In this document: positions 28,976 to 37,941 of the stretch, piece after piece
Numbering within the stretch: position 1 is the first letter of the stretch
Layout of the letters: each line of letters starts with the position of its first letter
DNA from: a virus
DNA length: 59,763 bases
Direction: 5' to 3' (one strand)
IMG/VR virus record: IMGVR_UViG_3300047496_000204
Span: 74,764 to 134,526 of that record
Notes under the pieces: model-generated
The model's database searches: none
What the model was told of the DNA's origin: nothing
The model's input: only the letters and a program-made list of their open reading frames with translations
Made by a program: the position numbers and the translations under genes

Positions 28976-29260
28976 ATGGAAATTTTAGAATCTTTTGAAG
29001 GATGGATTGAAGAGATCACTCCTGAAATCATTTACGCTACTATAATCAGTCTTATCGATGAAGAACGATTTTATGTAGAGTTCACACATGACCAATTTAA
29101 AGTTTCGGTGGAACCAGTGTTGGGAATGATTTTCACTATGAATGTATATGAAAATAAACTTGAATTTGTCATTCCTCCACCCTGGACACAAGAAGAATTA
29201 GATGCTATTTATAAAGAGTCAAAAGAAATGGCCGAAAAATTATCAAAACTTTTTATATAA
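28976..29260 (+). CDS. Hypothetical protein
   Basis: TTGACG-N17-TATATT promoter immediately upstream. Confidence 0.65.
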   Translation: MEILESFEGWIEEITPEIIYATIISLIDEERFYVEFTHDQFKVSVEPVLGMIFTMNVYENKLEFVIPPPWTQEELDAIYKESKEMAEKLSKLFI

Positions 29261-29272
29261 GGAGAGTATAAA

Positions 29273-30028
29273 ATTCGTATCCATCTGATCAGTGACGTTC
29301 ACCGAGAATTCGGAGACATGCAGAATTACACGATCCCGCAATGCGATGTTGTGATTCTTGCTGGCGACATTGACGTTGGTTTTCGTGGTGTCACTTGGGC
29401 TGACAAAACTTTTGGTGATATTCCTACGATTTATATAGCCGGTAACCATGAGTATTATGGTGGCATTATCCCAAATGTTATGAATGCGATGAAGGCAGAA
29501 GCTATTGGAACAAACGTCCATGTACTCGATAATGAGAGTATTGTTATCAATGGTGTAAGATTCATTGGGTCTACGCTTTGGACTGATTTTGATCTTATGG
29601 GTCAGGCACCGGTTCATATGCTGAAGGCTCAAATGGAAATGAACGATTACCGAAGGATTAAAATTTCTCAAAGGGTAGCTCTAACGGCAAATGATACGCA
29701 GGAATTTCATAAGATTGCTCGTGCGTATTTAACGGAAGAATTGTTCAAGCCGTTTGAAGGGCCTACTGTGGTTGTGACTCACCATCTACCTTCAGAATTG
29801 TCTGTTCCGGAAAGATTTGCTGGAGATTCTTTGAATCCCGCTTACGCTTCTCGACTGGAAAATCTGATTTTGGATACGAATCCAAATATTTGGTGTCATG
29901 GTCATACCCATGATAATTTCGATTACATGCTGGGTGATACGCGGATAATTTGTAATCCAAGAGGATATCAAGGACATGAACTTAACCCTAATTTCAACCC
30001 TTCGTTTGTAATTGAAGTTAATACCTGA
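29273..30028 (+). CDS. Calcineurin-like metallophosphoesterase (start upstream of tracked ATG)
   Basis: SDVH (before 29318), AGDI, GNHE, THH, HGHTH, NPRGY. Confidence 0.88.
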   Translation: MRIHLISDVHREFGDMQNYTIPQCDVVILAGDIDVGFRGVTWADKTFGDIPTIYIAGNHEYYGGIIPNVMNAMKAEAIGTNVHVLDNESIVINGVRFIGSTLWTDFDLMGQAPVHMLKAQMEMNDYRRIKISQRVALTANDTQEFHKIARAYLTEELFKPFEGPTVVVTHHLPSELSVPERFAGDSLNPAYASRLENLILDTNPNIWCHGHTHDNFDYMLGDTRIICNPRGYQGHELNPNFNPSFVIEVNT

Positions 30029-30061
30029 GTTAAGTAAATACGCATGCTAATAAATATTAGC

Positions 30062-30394
30062 ATGCGTATTTTACCTGTTTTGTTTTTTGTAATTGTTGCC
30101 ACGACTGCGGAAGCACAAGTGGTAACGTCCATAAATCCTGCACTGAATAGTAATAATGATCAATGCCGTATTCCAAGTATTGGATCGGCAACTGCTCTTA
30201 ACATTTCTTTAGAGATTTCTTCTGGTTTGCTTGATAAAAATTGTGTAAAAATCAAAGACGCTCGTATGTTGAATGATTTGGGCTATCCTAAGGCAGCGAT
30301 TCAATTAATGTGTGGTGATAAAAATATAAAAACAGCTATGGATATAGCTGGAACACCATGTGAAGCCCAAGTGGAAAAATCACATGCAAAATGA
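30062..30394 (+). CDS. Exported Cys-containing protein
   Basis: Signal peptide ending AEA; DKNC..AA..LMC..AGTPC. Confidence 0.65.
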   Translation: MRILPVLFFVIVATTAEAQVVTSINPALNSNNDQCRIPSIGSATALNISLEISSGLLDKNCVKIKDARMLNDLGYPKAAIQLMCGDKNIKTAMDIAGTPCEAQVEKSHAK

Positions 30395-30887
30395 AATAAA
30401 AAATGCCATGACAAAATATACTGGAATAATAGGATTACTTTTACTTGTCTATATTTTCAGTTCTTCGTTATTTTTTAACGGATTTTCGTATTATATGGCC
30501 GAAAAAAATACAAAAATATTCACTTTGGCAAAGCCAATAGAAATATTGGACATGAATTTCCAAGATTTCAAAGGAAATATCATAAAAGCTGGTAGTCCGG
30601 TTATTTTTAAATCATATGCTCATCTTAATGCATTACAGTGTTCGGGAAGATTTATACGATATCTTGTAGGTCCAGTTGTTTACACATATCCTCCGATTTA
30701 TACTACTATGGCAGCTAGTATAACTGTTTCTCCTCCAATTCAGGTAGTAGAATTATTTGATAGAATACCTACTGATCTTCCTCCTGGAAAATATCATATG
30801 ATGATGGCTGTCTATCCTACCTGTCAAAATATTGACTTGAAACCATATAACACGGACATGCTCGTCGATATAAATGTTATCAAATGA
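30384..30887 (+). CDS. Membrane-anchored hypothetical protein
   Basis: N-terminal TM. Confidence 0.6.
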   Translation: MQNEIKNAMTKYTGIIGLLLLVYIFSSSLFFNGFSYYMAEKNTKIFTLAKPIEILDMNFQDFKGNIIKAGSPVIFKSYAHLNALQCSGRFIRYLVGPVVYTYPPIYTTMAASITVSPPIQVVELFDRIPTDLPPGKYHMMMAVYPTCQNIDLKPYNTDMLVDINVIK

Positions 30888-30972
30888 TTTGACTTTTTAC
30901 CATCAATCGAATAGATTTCTTTCAGTGAGTGATTGCGATGCTGAAACCATTCACTATTTTTAAGGATATAAA

Positions 30973-31320
30973 ATGAGAGATATTGCAAGTAAAATTGCTG
31001 AACTGAAAGAAATTTGTAAAATATATTGTGAGTCAAGGGTCGGGTGGATTAAGGATGCATTTTTAGAAGAACTTAACGATATGCAGAAAATAGCCGATAG
31101 TCTTAAACCCAATCAATTTGCGTTCGTACATCTTCCAGATAAAGAAGAAATGGATGAAATAGAAGAAACAAAAACATGGTTGGAAAACAATTTATCAGGA
31201 AGATATAATACAAAAGTTATTAATAAAATAAAGTTTACTCAACCATATGAAACTTATGAAATCATAGATTTTGGTGATGATACAGAAGCCGCAGCATTAT
31301 TCAAATTATTCAATTCATAA
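30973..31320 (+). CDS. Small paralog-family protein (WL..N...DFGD...A.LFKL)
   Basis: SD AAGGA; motif. Confidence 0.7.
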   Translation: MRDIASKIAELKEICKIYCESRVGWIKDAFLEELNDMQKIADSLKPNQFAFVHLPDKEEMDEIEETKTWLENNLSGRYNTKVINKIKFTQPYETYEIIDFGDDTEAAALFKLFNS

Positions 31321-31628
31321 ATGTTAGATGAAGTATCTACTCTGCTTTCGGAGCTAAAATCTAAAAACTATCCAAAGCCAGTATATGATATTTATTTTTC
31401 TATCTATACAACAATCATTGAAGAATATGGTGAAAAAATAAATTCATATTCTTCGAAGATAGTGTTGGGTACAAATCAAAATTTAAATGGTTAATGGAAA
31501 ATTTACCCAAAAAATATTTTATCAAAAAACTACAACATGTATCTATATTCGCAGTCTCTATATTCGTATTAGATTTTGGAGATAATACTGCGGAAGCGGT
31601 TTTATTTAAATTATTTCATGATTATTGA
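31321..31628 (+). pseudogene. Frameshifted tandem paralog of 30973 gene
   Basis: Second frame reads KWLMENL...LDFGDNTAEAVLFKLF. Confidence 0.6.
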
Positions 31629-31659
31629 CGGTTCCTATCAAGCTGTATAAAATTGTATC

Positions 31660-32736
31660 ATGGCTAATATGCTCTCGGAAATGCTTGCGGACAGTTTCGT
31701 TTGGGACGCGATCAACTCTCATATAAGAAATACTCGCCGTGGGTCCAATGGTTCCATGATGATCAATTGCACCATGTGTGTAGAACGAGGGGAAACTCCT
31801 GATACTCGTCATCGTTGTGGCATAAAACGTGAGCCAGATGGTGTCATGATTCATTGTTGGAATTGTGCTTTTAAAGCAGCATTTCATTCTGGTGAAACGA
31901 TTTCACCAAAAATGAAGAAATTTTTAAATTCTATTGGAGTAGGTCAAAAAGACATTCAAAGATTGAGTTTTAAAGCGCTCCAATATCGTAGAATGATTGG
32001 TGGAAACGAAGCTGCTCAATCGATTGTTCAAATTAGTCATTCTCCAAATTTTTTAGAAATATCTCTTCCAGATAATGCCTATACTCTTAAGCAATGGATA
32101 GACAATGGAATTGATGACAAAGATTTTTCTGACGTAATTTCTTATCTGTATAGCAGAGGAAATACCGTAGCAACAGCTATAGATTATTTTTGGTCGCCAA
32201 CTCAAGATTATAATTTCAATCGACGGTTTATTATTCCGTTCTATCATAATAAAAAAATCATTGGCTTCAGTGGACGATTGGTTGATAAAGCCACATCAGC
32301 CAAGCCAAAATATTGGACGAATGTTCCATCGAATTTCATTTTCAATAATGAAAAACTGGACATGGATCGTAAATTTATTATTATTGCAGAAGGTCCATTA
32401 GATGCTTTGGCGGTGGAAGGATGTTCGCCGTTAGGTGGGAACATATCTCCAGAGCAAGCCATGTGGCTCAACACCAGTAATAAAACAAAAATAGTTTTAC
32501 CTGATAGAGACAAAAGCGGGCAACGATTGATTGATCACGCGCTAACACATGGATGGATGGTTAGCTTTCCTAAACTAGCGGATGGACATGGTTTCAAAAA
32601 CTGGTGGGATGCGGACATAAAAGATGCCGCGCAAGCTACCGAACGTTACGGAAAGCTTTATACCATCCGCTCTATTATTGAGAGCGCAACGTCTAACAAA
32701 ATTGAGATTGGTGTTAAAAGGAAACGACTGTCATAA
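31660..32736 (+). CDS. DNA primase (T4 gp61/DnaG-like)
   Basis: CTMC..CWNC Zn ribbon, IIPF..GFSGR, KY, AEGPLD, PDRD TOPRIM. Confidence 0.9.
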   Translation: MANMLSEMLADSFVWDAINSHIRNTRRGSNGSMMINCTMCVERGETPDTRHRCGIKREPDGVMIHCWNCAFKAAFHSGETISPKMKKFLNSIGVGQKDIQRLSFKALQYRRMIGGNEAAQSIVQISHSPNFLEISLPDNAYTLKQWIDNGIDDKDFSDVISYLYSRGNTVATAIDYFWSPTQDYNFNRRFIIPFYHNKKIIGFSGRLVDKATSAKPKYWTNVPSNFIFNNEKLDMDRKFIIIAEGPLDALAVEGCSPLGGNISPEQAMWLNTSNKTKIVLPDRDKSGQRLIDHALTHGWMVSFPKLADGHGFKNWWDADIKDAAQATERYGKLYTIRSIIESATSNKIEIGVKRKRLS

Positions 32737-32737
32737 A

Positions 32738-32850
32738 CTCTAACAAGTTGCTACTAATTGATAAGCCAATTAGTCACTTTTGAACTGAGGGCTCAAAAAG
32801 TCTACCCTATACCCGTAGGTATCCTCTTTTAGGGAGGCAACTTGTTAGAG
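32738..32850 (-). ncRNA. Five-way junction structured element
   Basis: 14-bp perfect closing stem ctctaacaagttgc/gcaacttgttagag enclosing four hairpins. Confidence 0.55.
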
Positions 32851-33033
32851 GGGAAAACTTATCATTTTTTCAACTAAAATTCTACTACATTAATATCTAG
32901 AGAAAAAGTATCTCCAAGCTTCACCCAGAAACGACATGTCTTGGGACAAGTTCCACCAAATTTTTTTGTAAGCAATTTCTTATTCGGGCTGTCAACTACA
33001 GAAAAGGTTAAAAGTTTCATTATCTCACATTTG

Positions 33034-33165
33034 AAAAAGTCCCGGCTTTCGCCGGGACAGTCAGAGCACAACACACGGTTTAGAGCGGATAACCATTCGG
33101 GCTTCGTAGAGACAAGCTCTCCACCCGAAAGGTCGTTTAATCACTTAGTGATCCCTATCTAAACT
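33034..33165 (-). ncRNA. Candidate ~130-nt small RNA with own promoter and terminator
   Basis: TTGACA-N16-TATTCT (33199-33172); GUUUAGA/UCUAAAC closing stem; GUCCCGGC-GAAA-GCCGGGAC-UUUUU terminator. Confidence 0.7.
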
Positions 33166-33206
33166 AAAAGTAGAATACCACGATAACCGTGGATGTCAAC
33201 CAATTT

Positions 33207-36068
33207 TTAGAGCATGGAAATAAGTTTTTTCCAGTTGCTTGTCAGACGAAGGTCAAATGCCTGTTGGATTAGACGGAAGTTGATAGCTTTCTTCAGTTTT
33301 CCCATCGTATACAATTCCCGAATCCAATCGACAACTTCTTGCTTTTGCTCATCATTCAACGCGGCTGGAATGTGTGATTTAATCTTGTCGATATAATCAA
33401 GCATTTCTCCGGAAGAGAAGTTCATGTTGATAGTGAATGCACGTGTGAGAATTGCGCTATCCCATTCAGCTTCATCCATGTTTGAGATGAAAATAATACG
33501 ACCTTTGAAATCAATTTTGTTTGGAAGGTGCATCGTGATATATTTTTGAATTTCGTGAATTTTTTCTTCATCACTATCGCCATCTTCTTCATCATAATCT
33601 TCGTCTTCCATATCTTCATCACTAGAAGGTTTTGATTTTTTCTTTTTCTTTTTTAAATAACGGTCGAACATTTCAATGTCGCCTTCTTCGGGAACATTAC
33701 GTAGAATTCTCGACATAGCATCAACCAAAATTTCACGATCTTCATCATCCATGGTTGCTGTATTGATACCACCGCGAACGTCGTAAGAAATTTCACGAAC
33801 TGGATCGGTATCCAAAGCACCCTTAAGCATGTTGACGGCTGCTTTTTCTTCAACTACTGAGTCACAGTCATCAAAGATAACCAGACCATTGACACGCTCG
33901 ATCAATGTTCTATACATAGAGTTGGTAGTGATGTAACCCTTTTTAACAACATAGTCGCGACCAGCTTTCAAACCTAATTCGCGAATAGTTTGCATAACTA
34001 CGAAGGTATTGTGCGTAGGGACATAAGATCGAGAGCAAAGGAAAAGATGCGAAGTAGAATCAACTGTAATACACCGAACAGGAACAGAATCTATTTCTTT
34101 ACATTCCACAATGGTTCTAGAAGTAACATCTCTTTTAAATTCATCTTTGATTCTAGCTATTTTTCGATCAAATCTGAATACAGAAAGAGAAGTAGTGAAA
34201 CCGATTCGATATTTTTCACCTTTATCAATACCATTTATGGTAGAACGACCAATACCGAACGTAGCTTTTATACCCAAACCTTTAACCAAATCAAATACAT
34301 CCTCTGCCAATTGTTTGTTAGTAGAAGTAAATTCGCATCGTCCATCATTAATGCAACCATCAGTATCCATAAGACCTTGTAATAAAGAAAAACGTTGTTT
34401 TTCTGAAGCCCTTAAATAAGAATTGGGAATATGTTTGTTATTGATAAGATTAAGTAAACGCAGTTTAGATATTACCTTTTCATTATTTTTTCCACCGCGA
34501 CCTTTAGATAAACGGATAATCCAATTTTTCTTTCGACTATCTGGTGCAATTTTATAATCTTGATTTTCATATTCTAATAACGTGAGCATTTGTTTTAAAT
34601 CATCATTACCACAAGATACTGTTGCTCCAGATGAAGTTCCATCTCCCAACCAAACTCCCAGAATATAAGGACTTACAGGCAAATCTTTTTCGTGACCAAC
34701 AAAAGGTTTCGCAACGTCAATTCTATGATTTAATTTTCCAGTAGAATATAACGTTTTTGAAATTTCCTCGGTATTAACAATTTTTGGAAAGATTCTTTTA
34801 TTGGATTGATCTGAACCGTTAGGTTGAAGAGGTAATGCACCTTCAAACCATCGCTTTTGTGATCGCTTTTCTGATTGTCTTGAAGCTTGAGTATTAGTAA
34901 GCCAACGATGTTCAGCGTCAGCTACAATTTTAGTTCCATCATCAAAAGTCATTTCAAAGCATTTACGATTTAATTGAACGGGAGTAGCAAAAGTAACTTG
35001 ACACGGATGACCATTTTCATCAAACAATGTATCTCCTATCTTTACTTCGCCCATTGTTGTCCATCCAGAAGGAGTAGGGATAGGAGTATTCAATGCCAAC
35101 GCTTTACCAGACGAAGGCGCACCGGTAATCAGCAATGATTTGATGAAGGCGGATTCACCACCGGCAACAAGACGAACCTTTTCTTTGAGCATGTCATATT
35201 GCTCTTCCATGCCGTCACGGTTATCTCCACCACCGAGACTTTCAATATGACGAGAATGCATTCTTGATAACTGCTCAAGCATATCCTCAACAGATTCAGG
35301 AAAACGAAAGAACTTATTTGTTCTTGGATTTCTTCCCATCAACCAAAGCTTACCACTATAAGTCATTTTTTTAACAGTTTTGATTTTATCCAAAGCTCTT
35401 AAATCTTGGGCCATTGGATCATCATCTACTGGTAACTGGTCATCAAATTCGCCGCCGAGTTCATTGGCGGCGCCAGTCATATCAAAACCCGGAGTAGAGC
35501 TGATGCTTTTTCCTGACAAATTCCAGTGGTGAGCATCAACTTTTAAATTTGGATTTCCTCTAATGCTCGATGGAATTTGCACGTCATTATCTTTAGCGAT
35601 CTTCATCATGTCAGTTAAAGATAACGAATGAACGGTGTCTGGCATGTCTCTACGTGCCATCGCCATAAATTCTTCATCGCTGCTTCGACGTGCTTCATCG
35701 AGCATTTCTTCTGTCAGTTCTTTACCAACAGAAGGAAACTTAAGCCAATGCACGACCTGATCTAAAACTTCAGGAAAAGATATACCTTCTGGTATATCTA
35801 ATTCATAATCAGGCAATCTATTTAAGTCTAAATGATTCCAGACATAAAAGGATTTTACTTTTGGTCCACTAGGGCTTTTGACCCAAGACATACCAAAAGC
35901 TTTTAAAGTTCCTTCAAAAACATATATAACACCAGTTTGATTACCGACAGTATATACACGATTTTTACCACCAATTCTAGTGATTCGTCCACCCAAATGA
36001 GATCGGAGGGCATTTAAAACGGCTGGTGGGGCAAGCGTAGGATCGCTATAAAATTCTAATAAACGCAT
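33207..36068 (-). CDS. Late AAA+-type ATPase with N-terminal extension and intein, leader MRLLEF
   Basis: GAPSSGK/T Walker A split by intein; VIFDDCD Walker B; IIFISN sensor. Confidence 0.85.
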   Translation of the reverse strand: MRLLEFYSDPTLAPPAVLNALRSHLGGRITRIGGKNRVYTVGNQTGVIYVFEGTLKAFGMSWVKSPSGPKVKSFYVWNHLDLNRLPDYELDIPEGISFPEVLDQVVHWLKFPSVGKELTEEMLDEARRSSDEEFMAMARRDMPDTVHSLSLTDMMKIAKDNDVQIPSSIRGNPNLKVDAHHWNLSGKSISSTPGFDMTGAANELGGEFDDQLPVDDDPMAQDLRALDKIKTVKKMTYSGKLWLMGRNPRTNKFFRFPESVEDMLEQLSRMHSRHIESLGGGDNRDGMEEQYDMLKEKVRLVAGGESAFIKSLLITGAPSSGKALALNTPIPTPSGWTTMGEVKIGDTLFDENGHPCQVTFATPVQLNRKCFEMTFDDGTKIVADAEHRWLTNTQASRQSEKRSQKRWFEGALPLQPNGSDQSNKRIFPKIVNTEEISKTLYSTGKLNHRIDVAKPFVGHEKDLPVSPYILGVWLGDGTSSGATVSCGNDDLKQMLTLLEYENQDYKIAPDSRKKNWIIRLSKGRGGKNNEKVISKLRLLNLINNKHIPNSYLRASEKQRFSLLQGLMDTDGCINDGRCEFTSTNKQLAEDVFDLVKGLGIKATFGIGRSTINGIDKGEKYRIGFTTSLSVFRFDRKIARIKDEFKRDVTSRTIVECKEIDSVPVRCITVDSTSHLFLCSRSYVPTHNTFVVMQTIRELGLKAGRDYVVKKGYITTNSMYRTLIERVNGLVIFDDCDSVVEEKAAVNMLKGALDTDPVREISYDVRGGINTATMDDEDREILVDAMSRILRNVPEEGDIEMFDRYLKKKKKKSKPSSDEDMEDEDYDEEDGDSDEEKIHEIQKYITMHLPNKIDFKGRIIFISNMDEAEWDSAILTRAFTINMNFSSGEMLDYIDKIKSHIPAALNDEQKQEVVDWIRELYTMGKLKKAINFRLIQQAFDLRLTSNWKKLISML
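34008..35102 (-). mobile_element. Class 3 intein with LAGLIDADG endonuclease (365 aa)
   Basis: Starts Ala (ALALNTP), DAEHRW, VRCITV, PTHN|T; LGVWLGDG and LQGLMDTDG. Confidence 0.9.
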
Positions 36069-36163
36069 ATTTTCCTCTTTAAGAGATTATTTCTTCTATT
36101 TAGTTTATTATGGCTACTTGACATAACCTAAAAAAGGATTATACTGAAAGAAAGGAGAAAACT

Positions 36164-36385
36164 ATGACATATGATTTTGATGATTTTCTAACATGTTCAC
36201 CCGAAGAGCTTTCTGTCTTGGATAGAATAGCCGAAGGAGAACTATTGGATACGGACCCAATTATCGAAAGTCTTCTTGAACGAAATATTATCGATAATTA
36301 TCTCGGAAAACCAATGATGGCCTTTATGGTGTCTGGTTTATGGAAAAAGTTTAAGGAAACCTATCCAGAAAAATTCAAGTCATAA
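36164..36385 (+). CDS. Small early hypothetical protein
   Basis: TTGACA..TATACT promoter, AAGGAG SD. Confidence 0.7.
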   Translation: MTYDFDDFLTCSPEELSVLDRIAEGELLDTDPIIESLLERNIIDNYLGKPMMAFMVSGLWKKFKETYPEKFKS

Positions 36386-36742
36386 TTTTTCAACAAGATT
36401 AATAAAATGTCTAATTGAGGTACACTCGTAAAGATTTTCTTTAAAAAATTTTAACTTCACCGGATCGGACACCCCTTCTGGATTTAGAGAATCATAATGC
36501 TTTCCATTAAGCATAATCCATGCATGATTATATTCATCAATGGTATTATATTCATTGGCCGTATAATTATCTCCATGCTTGCTAAGCCATGATCTGGAGT
36601 CTATTTCTATAGGTTTATATCCAAATTTCGTTAATTCTTGGTATAGGAATTCTGCAAATTCCTAGCATCTTCCACCACAAATACTTTCTGCACTATAACC
36701 AAATTGGTCTATTGCCTGTAAACAGATTTCTTTAGGGCTCAT
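36380..36742 (-). pseudogene. Papain/transglutaminase-like gene with in-frame TAG at codon 27
   Basis: GGRC*EFA...HAW...HYD Cys-His-Asp pattern; coupled to upstream stop; absent from ORF track. Confidence 0.7.
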
Positions 36743-37311
36743 TACAAGACCAATTTAGCCAATTTGAACAAAGGCATTGCTTGGGCTGGCCTTAAGATAA
36801 TATACGATGTGCTTCCTCGATTTTCAAACTCATTCTTGTAAGAAAATCCATCGATGCCTTTTGTTTCAAGAATTTTTCTAATAATCTGATAAATATCAGA
36901 GTTAGGTATTATGGGTGTTTTATTATATAGTTTAGTCATAATATCTATTTCAGGCCATTCTTTTTCTATAATAGAAGCAAAGTTATAAGCGACATGCATA
37001 CCTGTGTCTTTAATTATCATAGGATTTTGTATAGATAACAAGAAAGGTTTAGTGAAAGAAAAATCATCGTTAACTTCCATACTCCTTTTGTATTTGTAAC
37101 GCATGCGGGCTGCGGTCGCAGTTCCAAAATGCGTGAACGGTTTTGGTAGTTTCCAATTTCCTTCACCAGAATGATAAACTATTAACGGTGCGCCCTTATT
37201 ATCTACGACTGTTGAATTCTTGAACCAAGATTGAAAACGAGAATTATCTTGAAGTTTATTCAAGATTTCTTTCCAAGGTTCGCTTTTTTGTAGTAATTCA
37301 TCTATACGCAT
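36742..37311 (-). CDS. ART-like (polyvalent-protein type) protein, leader MRIDELL
   Basis: WFKNS.VVD..G.PLIVYH, THFGT, LSIQNP, DG..Y.N..E. Confidence 0.75.
   Translation of the reverse strand: MRIDELLQKSEPWKEILNKLQDNSRFQSWFKNSTVVDNKGAPLIVYHSGEGNWKLPKPFTHFGTATAARMRYKYKRSMEVNDDFSFTKPFLLSIQNPMIIKDTGMHVAYNFASIIEKEWPEIDIMTKLYNKTPIIPNSDIYQIIRKILETKGIDGFSYKNEFENRGSTSYIILRPAQAMPLFKLAKLVL
36754..36807. repeat. 54-bp identical repeat (second copy 37325..37378)
   Basis: 3' ends of the two ART-like paralogs. Confidence 0.95.
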
Positions 37312-37312
37312 T

Positions 37313-37855
37313 TTATAACACCAGTTTAGCCAATTTGAACAAAGGCATTGCTTGGGCTGGCCTTAAGATAATATACGAGACACTCCCTTTATGCTCATGC
37401 TTATTAATGTAATCGAAACCATCATACCCATTGTTCTCTACTATACGTCTAATATTTTGAAATCGTTCGCTCGATCTGGTCGAAGAAAATGATTGTCTAG
37501 TAGAAAATGGTATCTCTCGAATTAAATAATCCTCATAATCCGAAGGAGTATGATTATTTAAATCTGGTATTTCTAATGGATTTTGTATAGATAAAATGAA
37601 GGGAATAGTGAAAGAACCCCCTTTACCGTGAGGATTGCCATCATATCTTTGAAATGCGGCATACTCAGTTCCAAAATGAGTAAACGCCCGAGGCAAACGC
37701 CAATCGCCCATTCCCCAATGATATACTATTTTCGGTATTCCTTCTTCCATTACTTTGGATTTCTTGAACCAAGCTTTGAATCTTGGATTCTTCTGTAAGT
37801 TTTCCAATACAGTGATCCATTTCTCATTTTTTTGTAGTAATTCATCTAGACGCAT
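37313..37855 (-). CDS. ART-like paralog, leader MRLDELL
   Basis: Same motifs as 36742 gene. Confidence 0.75.
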   Translation of the reverse strand: MRLDELLQKNEKWITVLENLQKNPRFKAWFKKSKVMEEGIPKIVYHWGMGDWRLPRAFTHFGTEYAAFQRYDGNPHGKGGSFTIPFILSIQNPLEIPDLNNHTPSDYEDYLIREIPFSTRQSFSSTRSSERFQNIRRIVENNGYDGFDYINKHEHKGSVSYIILRPAQAMPLFKLAKLVL

Positions 37856-37941
37856 TTAAATATTTATCCATGCCAGTTTAATTTTGACGCGGCGCGCACT
37901 GACTCGATATGATGCCTCATATAATTATTTGAGGTATATGA

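Noticed and set aside
32874-33162. Short ORFs 32874..33074 and 32941..33162
   Set aside because: No SD; cross a terminator and structured RNA
32738-33165. tRNA, tmRNA or known small ribozyme
   Set aside because: No T-loop with acceptor stem/CCA arrangement, no tag frame, no hammerhead core or pistol pseudoknot recognisable by eye
36754-37378. Diversity-generating retroelement TR/VR pair (also considered for 133/1174 and 45320/45815 repeats)
   Set aside because: Repeats are identical rather than A-mismatched, and no reverse transcriptase is in the window
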